Virus record (IMG/VR): IMGVR_UViG_3300045988_017927
Coordinates: 1-43,643 of that record
From: a virus
Reading direction: 5' to 3' (one strand)
DNA: 43,643 bases
In this document: positions 33,800 to 42,234 of the stretch, piece after piece
How positions within the stretch are numbered: position 1 is the stretch's first letter
Layout of the letters: every line of letters begins with the position of its first letter
The notes under the pieces: model-generated
Seen by the model: the letters and a program-made list of their open reading frames with translations, nothing else
Told to the model about the DNA's origin: nothing
Database searches by the model: none
Made by a program: the position numbers and the translations under genes

Positions 33800-34928
33800 C
33801 TCCTTTCAATACGGTTCGGTTAGGGTTTTCACCCTTCGGCAACTCTTTAGGCAAAATCTCAGCTTGTTGCAAAATATACAAGCCTTGATTTTGTGCGAGT
33901 GTGCCACTTTTAACCATGCTATTGATACGGCTGATATAGTTAGCACCAGTCGGGTCAACCGCTGGGAAAATATCCGCATCCACATCGCATGAAAGTTTTT
34001 GAGACAATTCACTAAGAAATGGTCTTAAATAGCGTGCGACTGCTTTAGAGTACACATTAGAGCTCATTTCTAGTGATGATTGTTGGTCACCTTGTCCACC
34101 GACAACGTTCTCTGGGATACCGTAGACTTTTGCAAATTGTCCGGTCGTCCAGTCCGCTTGCTTAAGTAGTTGGGCCACGTTGGACTTGATTTCAAGAGGT
34201 GTGAAATCCTCTAAATCATCCAGTACCAACGGACCGCCTTGCATTTGCTTCATCGCTTGTCGTGAGCGTGAGACCTTGGTTTTGAAATCGAGCAAACCAC
34301 CGCCCTTAATTTTTAAGATACCATTGGCGTTTAGGGCATTTTTAAGTGAATTAAGCGTTAACTTATCACTAGCCTTTTGAATATCTAATTCTCTACCAAG
34401 AGCCATCAACGGACTTACGCTTGTCAAACCACCATCTACAGATAGCAGTCTAAAATGTAAGATATCGCTTTGTGGTACATGTTGTTTTGGTGGGATGCGT
34501 GGATCATCAAACGTGATGTTGTAATAAAGACCATTCTGATTGTCCAATCGGTTGAAAGAGACTTGAGATGGTCTTAGATACTCCCACTTCATATCACGCC
34601 CATTGTCATTACGCCATCGATACGCAAAGGCTTCCCCACCCAAAAGCATTTGAGCAAAGATAGACTGGTAGAAATTGAAACGGTTAGCACTGTTTGACGG
34701 ATTATCCACAATGCCTTGCATTTGTTTTCGGCTAGTCGTTAGCTTAGCAGTCGCAAGGTCGTTAGATAGCTGACTGATAATAGAGAATAGGTCAGAGTTT
34801 TTTAGAGCAGTTTCGGCTGATACCCACTCACTACCATTCAAAGTAGCTAAAAACTCTGGATCAGTAATATCAAAAAAGCCCCCTTGATTGATCGGTGGGC
34901 TTTCGGTTGCTAAATTAAATATCGGCAA
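33777..34928 (-). CDS. Portal protein, HK97 family
   Basis: 383 aa between TerL and the protease, with portal-like sequence character. Confidence 0.8.
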   Translation of the reverse strand: MPIFNLATESPPINQGGFFDITDPEFLATLNGSEWVSAETALKNSDLFSIISQLSNDLATAKLTTSRKQMQGIVDNPSNSANRFNFYQSIFAQMLLGGEAFAYRWRNDNGRDMKWEYLRPSQVSFNRLDNQNGLYYNITFDDPRIPPKQHVPQSDILHFRLLSVDGGLTSVSPLMALGRELDIQKASDKLTLNSLKNALNANGILKIKGGGLLDFKTKVSRSRQAMKQMQGGPLVLDDLEDFTPLEIKSNVAQLLKQADWTTGQFAKVYGIPENVVGGQGDQQSSLEMSSNVYSKAVARYLRPFLSELSQKLSCDVDADIFPAVDPTGANYISRINSMVKSGTLAQNQGLYILQQAEILPKELPKGENPNRTVLKGGETNGQD

Positions 34929-34945
34929 TTATTATCACCTCCTTT

Positions 34946-35125
34946 CTAGCCTTTTTTGCTAGCTAGTTCACTAATCAACCCAGCGAGTACGAATGTGATG
35001 GTCATGCTAATACCAAACCATACATATCCGAGGTTATAAGTGGTTAAATTAAGCGAAATCGCAGCTAAAATAAACATCAAAATGTCAAAAATAGCCCAAA
35101 TTGCCTTAAAAAACTTCAAAATCAT
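34946..35125 (-). CDS. Small two-TM membrane protein (59 aa) between terL and portal
   Basis: Manual translation MILKFFKAIWAIFDILMFILAAISLNLTTYNLGYVWFGISMTITFVLAGLISELASKKG. GGAG 9 nt upstream. Confidence 0.4.
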   Translation of the reverse strand: MILKFFKAIWAIFDILMFILAAISLNLTTYNLGYVWFGISMTITFVLAGLISELASKKG

Positions 35126-35128
35126 GTC

Positions 35129-37006
35129 TTAATACTCCTCCAATAGCCCACTATCTGGGTTTTTTAGCCAATTTAAAACGGCTTCTTGGCTCATGTGTTC
35201 GACCTTCCACGTTGGATTGTTGGTAATAGCGTAGTCTTCGAACGCATACATACCATCATAGAACGCATCGATAAGAGCATCCACAACGTCGATTTTATAG
35301 GTCGATTTCATTTTATCGACTTGAATACCGATGTTATCTTCTTTGATTACCGCATTTATCAAGGCTTTACGCATGATTTCGTCATCTAAACGAGTGATAT
35401 TTCCTTCGATAAATAGCGTTTGAAGAAATTTCGTCGGGTCTTTCAGTTCGCTTGTCCGTTGTCTAATCGGCATGAGTGGAAAGCTAGTGTTAGATTCCAA
35501 GGTTTTGATAATCTTTGATACTCCCATAGCATCGTAGCCAAAAAAGACCACATCAAGCTGATTATCTTCCACATACTCACAAAACCATCGGTACACTTCC
35601 TCTGGATTGATAAGCCCTTGTGGGTGGCTTGTAATCGTACAAAAACCCTTGGCTTCCAAATCTCGATAGTTAACACCATCTTGTTCCATTTTGGCTTCTA
35701 GCGAGCCCGCTTGTTGCCAAGGAATGAAACTGTGTTGTTCAACATGCCATTTCTGACTACCTTCTTCAGTAACATAGGGATAGACGAAACCGATGGCTGT
35801 GTTATCGCTGAACATTGAAGCGTCAAGCCCAACATAAACACGCTTACCCTTGATATCAAATTCATCAACGACTGCATTTTCAATATCTGTTAGATCAAGA
35901 AAGCTATTGCTATCAGCAAGTAACCAACAATTCATGTTTTTGACTTGGAAATCAGCTAGTTTTCCCATGAGTAGCTTCTTATCACGTTCAGAAAGTAGCC
36001 CTTTCATCAGTCCATCCTTTAGTTTAGGGTGGTTAAGTAGTGGGTTACTTTTTGACCATGTTTCCGGTTTAAAAACTTCTTCCAAGTTATCTTGAGACCA
36101 GATTAGACATAACTGATCATCACCAGAACGGTCAAAATCACGTTCCATAATCTCAATCAGTTTTTTCTGCTCTTGATGGAATGGAACATCGGGTGTTTGG
36201 TAAGAGGTCGAAATCTCAATAAAACGTGAACCCTCGGTATTAACTTGTCCGGATGTAATTTTAGAGATACCTTCATCCGTTCTAAGCTCACCAACCTCAT
36301 CGGCTACGGCTAACTTAAAGTGCTTACCATCAAACTTACCGGATTCAAAAGAAATAGTATGGATAGTATTAGCGTCTACGAGCGACTTAATTTCTCGTGA
36401 ATACAATTGAAGTTGCGTTTCGTCTGCTAGCGACTTAAACGGCTCGTTTTCAATGATTCTCGCCATCATAGATTTAACATAAGTGAACAGCTTCATTGTT
36501 TGGTCGAAGTTTAGCGAGCTAACAAGGAAGTCTTGGTTGCTTTGCCCGATAATTTCAATCAGATAAGAGAAATTAAGGCAAATCCCAGCTATCATCGTTT
36601 TCCCTTGCGAACGGGCAATCGAGATAATGATATTCGAAAACCTTGGTACATCGTCTAAATCGAACCATGCGAATAGTTGGGCAAATATGAAATATTGCCA
36701 ATCCATAGGCTCTAGCTTTTGGCTAAGATCATCAACGTTTGGCACTAATGATAGGAATTTCAAGAAACGGTTAAATGCTTCAATCGAGTAGACATAAGGA
36801 AAATCGCTATCTCCTTGTCGTTGCAAGTCTCGGAGGTGTCGGAAACATGCTAATTGGATATTGTAACCAGCGACAATCTTGCCATCTAGCACGTTAAAAC
36901 AGTATTGCGTGCCATAGTCGGTATATGTTTTTTGCTCGTAAGAAAAATCGATGCTATTATAAGCACCGATTACATCTTTCGTTTTAGTTAAATCAATCTC
37001 TTGCAT
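35129..37006 (-). CDS. terL: Terminase large subunit
   Basis: 625 aa. Walker-A-like ARSQGKT, a VADEVGE acidic box, and a C-terminal nuclease-like region (GLDAS...DD). Confidence 0.9.
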   Translation of the reverse strand: MQEIDLTKTKDVIGAYNSIDFSYEQKTYTDYGTQYCFNVLDGKIVAGYNIQLACFRHLRDLQRQGDSDFPYVYSIEAFNRFLKFLSLVPNVDDLSQKLEPMDWQYFIFAQLFAWFDLDDVPRFSNIIISIARSQGKTMIAGICLNFSYLIEIIGQSNQDFLVSSLNFDQTMKLFTYVKSMMARIIENEPFKSLADETQLQLYSREIKSLVDANTIHTISFESGKFDGKHFKLAVADEVGELRTDEGISKITSGQVNTEGSRFIEISTSYQTPDVPFHQEQKKLIEIMERDFDRSGDDQLCLIWSQDNLEEVFKPETWSKSNPLLNHPKLKDGLMKGLLSERDKKLLMGKLADFQVKNMNCWLLADSNSFLDLTDIENAVVDEFDIKGKRVYVGLDASMFSDNTAIGFVYPYVTEEGSQKWHVEQHSFIPWQQAGSLEAKMEQDGVNYRDLEAKGFCTITSHPQGLINPEEVYRWFCEYVEDNQLDVVFFGYDAMGVSKIIKTLESNTSFPLMPIRQRTSELKDPTKFLQTLFIEGNITRLDDEIMRKALINAVIKEDNIGIQVDKMKSTYKIDVVDALIDAFYDGMYAFEDYAITNNPTWKVEHMSQEAVLNWLKNPDSGLLEEY

Positions 37007-37018
37007 GTTTCACCTCCT

Positions 37019-37495
37019 TTATTTGAAAAATGCTGCCATCTTATCTTTCATCGAAGAATTATCCGCTTGACTTCCGGCTATTTCAGCCAATTCTGCCCTT
37101 CCTTTAGGGGTCAAACCTAGCTGAATGCCTATTTTATTAAGGGTTTCAGTGGCATCTTTCATCGTCGCAACCGCTGGGTTCTTTCTAAATCCCATTGACT
37201 GCTCACCTAGAATCTCGCCACTACCTTGTGCTTGGATGACTTTCTTAATCTCGGTTTGGATACCGTTTTCTTTCACATCCTCATAGGCTTTTTTGTAAAT
37301 CTCGTAGTTAGTACAGTAGGTTTCCACAAGAAACGTGTCAATGCGTTCGACCTTTTCTGTTGCTTTTAAATACGGAATGATTTTAGTCCAAACTGACCTC
37401 GCCACTGTGCCCAAGTAGTTCGGTGGGTCAATGGGTAGAAAGCGGTCATTTTGCTCGTAAAACGGTTTTCGTTTAGCTGGTGACTTATTCGCCAT
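37019..37495 (-). CDS. terS: Terminase small subunit, P27 family-like
   Basis: 158 aa directly upstream of terL. Pattern VWTKIIPYL...LVETYCTNYEIYKKAYEDV. Confidence 0.7.
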   Translation of the reverse strand: MANKSPAKRKPFYEQNDRFLPIDPPNYLGTVARSVWTKIIPYLKATEKVERIDTFLVETYCTNYEIYKKAYEDVKENGIQTEIKKVIQAQGSGEILGEQSMGFRKNPAVATMKDATETLNKIGIQLGLTPKGRAELAEIAGSQADNSSMKDKMAAFFK

Positions 37496-37670
37496 TTTCT
37501 CACTTCCTATCTTGATTATGACACCGCTTAAAAACCCTCAAAATTGGCGTGCGGTGTAAGAAAACACCTTGTCGTGGCTCTCCTTGGCACGAGAAGGGGG
37601 CGGGGGTCAATTTTAAATTGGGTCAAGGGTTATTACACCACCATTATTATAAAATCGTGCTATGGGCTTA
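37496..37670. other. Candidate cos region between the HNH endonuclease and terS
   Basis: G/C block GGGGGCGGGGG at 37596-37606. Direct repeats GGGTCAA at 37604 and 37620. On the minus strand, inverted repeat ACACCGC/GCGGTGT (plus-strand copies at 37521-37527 and 37549-37555). The HNH-terS-terL arrangement is typical of cos phages. Confidence 0.45.
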
Positions 37671-38195
37671 TTAGAGGGGTTTAACGACGTCCTCTTTTTT
37701 GCGGGCTATTAAACCTGCCCACGCATCCACGGAAAGCCGCAGCTCCGTGTTCTGTTTCGTTCTATTTTGGCCAGTGCCATAGATTTCTTGTTCCAATGTT
37801 CTTTTGGTATTGTCGCAGCTCCTACACGTTGCTACCACGTTTGAAATTTCAGTCCTAAGTTCTGGAGCTATTTCAACAGGTGTTACGTGGTCGCCTATGC
37901 GTGCGTCTGGTGTGGTCACACCCAAGGCTAGACAGTACTGACACAGATAGTTGTCACGTTCTAAAGCTATCTTACGAATAGAAGACCAAATCTTTGAACG
38001 ATAGAACGCATACCGTTCCTTGCTCTCATCGTCTCGGTTCCTTACTCGTGTGTTGTATCTTGTGCGTGAGTATCTCTGTCTCTCTTGTGTGTATGCTGCT
38101 TCCATGTCCTTGTGTGCAGGACAGTAGTGTGCTGGTCTCTCTGTTAAGGCACGGCACCCCTCTGCCTTGCATCGTCTGACCATTGGCATTGGCAT
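37671..38195 (-). CDS. HNH endonuclease (packaging-associated)
   Basis: CQYC...GDHVTPVE...CRSCDNTK HNH/zinc motif, adjacent to the terminase genes. Confidence 0.8.
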   Translation of the reverse strand: MPMPMVRRCKAEGCRALTERPAHYCPAHKDMEAAYTQERQRYSRTRYNTRVRNRDDESKERYAFYRSKIWSSIRKIALERDNYLCQYCLALGVTTPDARIGDHVTPVEIAPELRTEISNVVATCRSCDNTKRTLEQEIYGTGQNRTKQNTELRLSVDAWAGLIARKKEDVVKPL

Positions 38196-38309
38196 ACCTC
38201 CTTTCAGATAAAGTAAAAGAAGAACACTGTTGTGTCCTTCTGATTCGATAATACTATGTTACCACGTTGGTAGTATGGTGCCGTATGAATTGGTATATAC
38301 CACTGTAAA

Positions 38310-38708
38310 TCAATCCAAATACTTCTCAGCCTGTCTTAACTTAACGTAGTAGGTAGCCTTACTAAAGCCCATACGGTCACATATCTGCCAGATATCCAGC
38401 TGGTCTATATAAACCATTTGCAGTAGGGACCTAGCGTCTATATCCCCCACGTTTGCTATCTGCCGGCGAAACTCTAGTTTCTGTTTGATAGCTTCAGCAG
38501 TGAAGCGTTCTACTTCTTCACGGGCCGTCATAAGCTCCACATAGATATCATCCTTCCCCTTACGTTTGCCACCTTGGACCATGTCTGTTTGCATTGCACC
38601 AGCCGTTACTTTTAGTGCTTGTGATTCCAGTCGTTTGATTTGTTCTATCTGACTGTCAATGTATCTATCAAGCGCCTTGATTTTTTGCAGCCGTTCCACT
38701 GTTCTCAT
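38310..38708 (-). CDS. ArpU/RinA-like late transcriptional regulator (sigma region-4-like HTH)
   Basis: 132 aa with C-terminal LLQMVYIDQLDIWQICDRMGFSKATYYVKLRQAEKYL. Position just before the packaging genes. Confidence 0.55.
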   Translation of the reverse strand: MRTVERLQKIKALDRYIDSQIEQIKRLESQALKVTAGAMQTDMVQGGKRKGKDDIYVELMTAREEVERFTAEAIKQKLEFRRQIANVGDIDARSLLQMVYIDQLDIWQICDRMGFSKATYYVKLRQAEKYLD

Positions 38709-39018
38709 AAATTACATTCCTTTATGGTATAATATTATTAATAGCGTTTGAACAGTCCTGGGCATTAGTCTGGGTCTTTTTTTATACAAGAATAAAGAAG
38801 GATTAGGGTACCACCTCCCATAAATTAGATTTAGCCATGCCACCAGCAATACAAGACTAGGTCTAAAAGAAATAAAAAAGGATTCCTCGATTCTATAACT
38901 TATTATTTACTGGATTTTCGTGTCGAGGTCTGTCAGCTCGACGGTGTCGAAAAAGTGTTAAAAAGTGTCCAAGCCACTAAAAATCTATATCCATTTTTTT
39001 AGTGTTTTGACAGACAAT

Positions 39019-39058
39019 AGCTAGTGAGGGAGTCGAACCCTCGCAAACCGTTCTAGCT
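39019..39058 (-). other. tRNA-like acceptor/T-arm minihelix (not a complete tRNA)
   Basis: Minus strand reads AGCTAGA-acggtttgc-GAGGG-TTCGACT-CCCTC-ACTAGCT-a. T-loop is canonical, T-stem is 5 bp, and the acceptor-like stem pairs 6 of 7 bp. Confidence 0.5.
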
Positions 39059-39263
39059 ACACGCCTAACGCATAGGCTTTATATAGGGCTTTTCTGACCG
39101 TGGTCTTCTCACGGCCTACCCTGCCTTTAGTTCTATATTCTAGGGTTATGCGGTCGACTTCATCATCTAATCTCTCGCTCCACTCGTAGTTATTGAAGAC
39201 AAAGTCAATAATCTCGCTGAATAGCTTTCTTGAAAGTAACCCTTCCATTTGAATAGCTTTCAA
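39057..39263 (-). CDS. Hypothetical protein (start uncertain: TTG 39263 or ATG 39248)
   Basis: ORF track only. No ATG with a good RBS. Confidence 0.3.
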   Translation of the reverse strand: MKAIQMEGLLSRKLFSEIIDFVFNNYEWSERLDDEVDRITLEYRTKGRVGREKTTVRKALYKAYALGV

Positions 39264-39329
39264 AGGTGTTAGGGCGGCTTTCTCCGCATAGCACAGATTA
39301 AGGGCATTTTGGGTTCTGTTAGCATTTTT

Positions 39330-39767
39330 CTAGTCGCAGTCCTTGACGTCTCTAATATAGTTGTTTAGGTTGTTAGGGTGTTCCTTACGTAGTTCTTCCA
39401 CTTCCTTACGAAACCGTTTAAACAGTCCCTCTGGCAGTCCTGCGTTGGTTTTATCCAAAACCGGTTTAGTGGTTTTCCCTCTCGTATAATTAGTAGACAG
39501 ATAATCTTGAAGGTCGTCGAATAGTTCATCGGAAATAATGCCTTCTAGTCTGTCTACAGTAGCTGGCGATATCCTCGCACGTTCCACGACTGCGCTATTA
39601 AATGCTTGGTAAATGATACGTGCTTGCACTTCACTGCACTGTTTCACATCTTGAAAAAACTGCTTATAAGAGCCTTTTTTATGTGCTTTTCTAAGTGCTG
39701 CATGCTCACTGACTAACCGTTGATATAATTCCTCGGTCAGCCCGGAATATTTGTATTTCACGCTCAT
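39330..39767 (-). CDS. Hypothetical protein with internal duplication
   Basis: GLTEELYQRLVSEHAALRKAH...QDVKQC aligns with GLPEGLFKRFRKEVEELRKEH...RDVKDC. Confidence 0.5.
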   Translation of the reverse strand: MSVKYKYSGLTEELYQRLVSEHAALRKAHKKGSYKQFFQDVKQCSEVQARIIYQAFNSAVVERARISPATVDRLEGIISDELFDDLQDYLSTNYTRGKTTKPVLDKTNAGLPEGLFKRFRKEVEELRKEHPNNLNNYIRDVKDCD

Positions 39768-40012
39768 AGGTGTCGCTCCTCTATCACTTTGTGATCTGTG
39801 ACATATCCCTCTAACGAGATTTCTGTAAGTTCTCCAAAACTATACTCATATCGGCCTTTTTTGACCATAACTGTTGACAGTGTCCGTCTGAACTGCGAGT
39901 CCATTCCGCAGACAATAGCCATATCTTTTCTGAAACGGCCACGTTCAAAAACTACATCATAGAGTTTTGAGACGTTTTTCATTACTGCTTTCTTTCGTTG
40001 TCGTTTATTCAT
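39764..40012 (-). CDS. Hypothetical early protein (82 aa)
   Basis: ORF with overlapping start and stop codons relative to its neighbours. Confidence 0.45.
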   Translation of the reverse strand: MNKRQRKKAVMKNVSKLYDVVFERGRFRKDMAIVCGMDSQFRRTLSTVMVKKGRYEYSFGELTEISLEGYVTDHKVIEERHL

Positions 40013-40410
40013 TGTTCCACCTCTACCAGTTCTGGATTTGTGTGGATGTCACCGATTATTTTAACTGTGAAATCTTTATTTAATAATTCACATAACGGTT
40101 CTGGTTCACCCTTAAGCACTGCGGCAATTTCTTGAGCTACGAACATTGCCTTAGACAAGTCGTACTCAACTAAATATTGGCTGCTAAAATAATCTGTAGT
40201 TTTTAGGATATCTCCTTCGAAAATCTCTTTTCCGGCACTGTCCGTCAATCCAGTTGATTGCATGAGATTGAGATCATTATTGATTATCCATTCATTTGAC
40301 CCTGAATCTTCATCAAGTATCCAAATGCATGAATCACCAACCATTACTTCTGACGGGCTATACATGCGACTTAACGAGCCGCCGTCCCATGCCTTAAATC
40401 TTGGTATCAT
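40009..40410 (-). CDS. YopX-family protein
   Basis: MIPRFKAWDGG...GKEIFEGDILK pattern characteristic of YopX. Confidence 0.65.
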   Translation of the reverse strand: MIPRFKAWDGGSLSRMYSPSEVMVGDSCIWILDEDSGSNEWIINNDLNLMQSTGLTDSAGKEIFEGDILKTTDYFSSQYLVEYDLSKAMFVAQEIAAVLKGEPEPLCELLNKDFTVKIIGDIHTNPELVEVEQ

Positions 40411-40715
40411 TGCCCCCGTCCTTTCAAATAGCTGGGAATATCATCCCCAACGTTAACGCTGTCATACTGTTCCTTGCTGACAAGGAATTTCCCATACGCC
40501 CCACAATCAAGCGTGTAGAGTTTCCCGACCATAGATTTGCCGGTTACCTTGCCGTGTAATTCAACGGCATTATCAGCCTTATGGATAACCACTGTCTCGA
40601 TAGGTCTATTAACCACTCGTAGAACGGTAGTTACGTTAATGGCTAGCGAGACCATGAGCAGCACCGTAGAAATAGCTAGGTCATTATAAATCCTCTTCTT
40701 TGACGAATGTTCCAT
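40407..40715 (-). CDS. Small N-terminally membrane-anchored protein
   Basis: TM segment AISTVLLMVSLAINVTTVL followed by a beta-rich ~70 aa. Confidence 0.45.
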   Translation of the reverse strand: MEHSSKKRIYNDLAISTVLLMVSLAINVTTVLRVVNRPIETVVIHKADNAVELHGKVTGKSMVGKLYTLDCGAYGKFLVSKEQYDSVNVGDDIPSYLKGRGQ

Positions 40716-41049
40716 TTACCATCTTTCCTTTTCTGTTCTTGATTTCCTCGTATGCAATGCTTAGACACTCAGTAACATCAAGGTCTAATTGATGTGCTAG
40801 CACGATAATCGTTACTAGCGTGTCACCGATAGCGTCCTTAAGTGCTGCTTGCGGTTCTGTGAATTTAGTCGGCTTCAAGAGTACATCTCGAATTTCTCCG
40901 ACCTCTTCCGTGATACGCATCCACTGAATCTTTGGGTCAGCTTGTTTTAAATTGCGTTCATCTGCCCACTCGTTGACCTTGTCGATTAGTTCTGACATAC
41001 TGTCATACGTCGGTTCTTCAGGCTCTGCGATAAATACGAGTTTTACCAT
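40684..41049 (-). CDS. MazG-like nucleotide pyrophosphohydrolase
   Basis: ITEEVGEIRD and AIGDTLVTIIVLA motifs (EExxE ... D) in a four-helix-type sequence. Confidence 0.65.
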   Translation of the reverse strand: MVKLVFIAEPEEPTYDSMSELIDKVNEWADERNLKQADPKIQWMRITEEVGEIRDVLLKPTKFTEPQAALKDAIGDTLVTIIVLAHQLDLDVTECLSIAYEEIKNRKGKMVNGTFVKEEDL

Positions 41050-41543
41050 TACTCCACCTCCTTAACTTCCACGCCTTCGCAATCGAACATCCAGCCAAAA
41101 TCAGCATCTTCTAGCTCTTTGCGGGTGTGTTCAAGAACGACATAGGAAGAGTTTTCCTTGCCCCCAAAATACCAACACTCCGTCAGTTTGCCGAAAGCCA
41201 ACCACTGATGAGACCCGTTTATTCCTTTCACTCTAACCGTATATCTAGGCTCTTTCTCGACCTCGTAGCCATCAACCCAAGCACGAGCAAAGATATCTTG
41301 GTTTCTTGCCTTTTTAATCCAGCAAATAAGTTCATCACTTTTATTCCACTGTTTCAAAAAATCTGGATTCATAGCAGTATATAATCCTATTGCCAAATTT
41401 TCTTTACACACATCAATCCAATCCGCCACACATTGCGGAACGATTGGCTTAGGGAAGAACGAATCATATAAGTCTTCTGCGTAAGCTACCGAAATCCGTG
41501 CTACCTTAGATAGTTTCTGTACTGCTTCATTTCTGTTCATCAT
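41049..41543 (-). CDS. Hypothetical early protein (164 aa)
   Basis: Start moved to MMNRNEAVQ (GGAGG 9 nt upstream). Resembles conserved unknown-function proteins of Lactobacillales phages. Confidence 0.5.
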   Translation of the reverse strand: MMNRNEAVQKLSKVARISVAYAEDLYDSFFPKPIVPQCVADWIDVCKENLAIGLYTAMNPDFLKQWNKSDELICWIKKARNQDIFARAWVDGYEVEKEPRYTVRVKGINGSHQWLAFGKLTECWYFGGKENSSYVVLEHTRKELEDADFGWMFDCEGVEVKEVE

Positions 41544-41664
41544 CGCTAATTTCCTCCATCCATACAGTGGCATCGTCCACTGCTATGCTTAGTTTTTTCA
41601 ATGCTTCAACGTGGTTCAGTGCCTTGTCCTTATCTGTGAAATGGCACTCTTTAACATCATCCAT
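41527..41664 (-). CDS. Small acidic ORF (45 aa)
   Basis: Manual translation MDDVKECHFTDKDKALNHVEALKKLSIAVDDATVWMEEISDDEQK. Overlaps the next start. Confidence 0.3.
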   Translation of the reverse strand: MDDVKECHFTDKDKALNHVEALKKLSIAVDDATVWMEEISDDEQK

Positions 41665-41681
41665 CGTGCGTGCTACTCGTA

Positions 41682-41840
41682 CTATCCACCGCATTCGACC
41701 AACTCCACTGTATACATCCTAGAATTGCGATATTTGACACCTCTCAAACGATGCAATTCGTTGATAGCGTCGTTCTTGTTATTGGAAACGTGCTCACTGT
41801 CTTCCATGTTGTCGTAATAAACGATTACTTTATATTTCAT
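41682..41840 (-). CDS. Small ORF (52 aa)
   Basis: Manual translation MKYKVIVYYDNMEDSEHVSNNKNDAINELHRLRGVKYRNSRMYTVELVECGG. ATGA overlap with the upstream ORF. Confidence 0.35.
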   Translation of the reverse strand: MKYKVIVYYDNMEDSEHVSNNKNDAINELHRLRGVKYRNSRMYTVELVECGG

Positions 41841-41959
41841 AGCTCTACTAATCTCCTTCCTCTTTCCGTTGTTCTTCGAGCGTATACTGGCGTTCCATAG
41901 TACCCAACGGTGCTAGGTGAAACACCTAACTGCTCAGCGATTTCACGCTTAGTTCCCAT
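41837..41959 (-). CDS. Mini HTH protein (40 aa)
   Basis: Manual translation MGTKREIAEQLGVSPSTVGYYGTPVYARRTTERGRRLVEL. The HTH-like stretch is REIAEQLGVSPSTV. Confidence 0.35.
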   Translation of the reverse strand: MGTKREIAEQLGVSPSTVGYYGTPVYARRTTERGRRLVEL

Positions 41960-41961
41960 CG

Positions 41962-42234
41962 CTAGCAATTCTTCACCCTTGTATAAGGCGTATTCTTTTG
42001 CTCGCATAGCTCCATCATTCCTTTCAATAATTCATCATCCGGCAACTGTTCTAGCGTTAAGATACGGTTGAGTTTATTTACGTTGATACCTAACTTAGCG
42101 CTGATATATTCCACATCTTCGTGATTGGCCCAGAACCATCTCGAGAATTCTTGCGTTTGACCTAATACGCTTGTGTGGTCATAACTCCCTGGAGCATGTA
42201 CACCGACTAGCTTGTCCTTGTATTTGCTATTCAT
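41962..42234 (-). CDS. Hypothetical early protein (90 aa)
   Basis: ORF whose start overlaps the rusA stop. Confidence 0.45.
   Translation of the reverse strand: MNSKYKDKLVGVHAPGSYDHTSVLGQTQEFSRWFWANHEDVEYISAKLGINVNKLNRILTLEQLPDDELLKGMMELCEQKNTPYTRVKNC

Noticed and set aside
39019-39090. A complete tRNA gene ending at 39019 on the minus strand
   Set aside because: The 72 nt upstream of the 3' acceptor strand give no 5' acceptor pairing (AGCCCTA versus ACTAGCT) and no D or anticodon arms. Only the T-arm plus a short acceptor-like helix is present, and the upstream part is the coding 3' end of an ORF.
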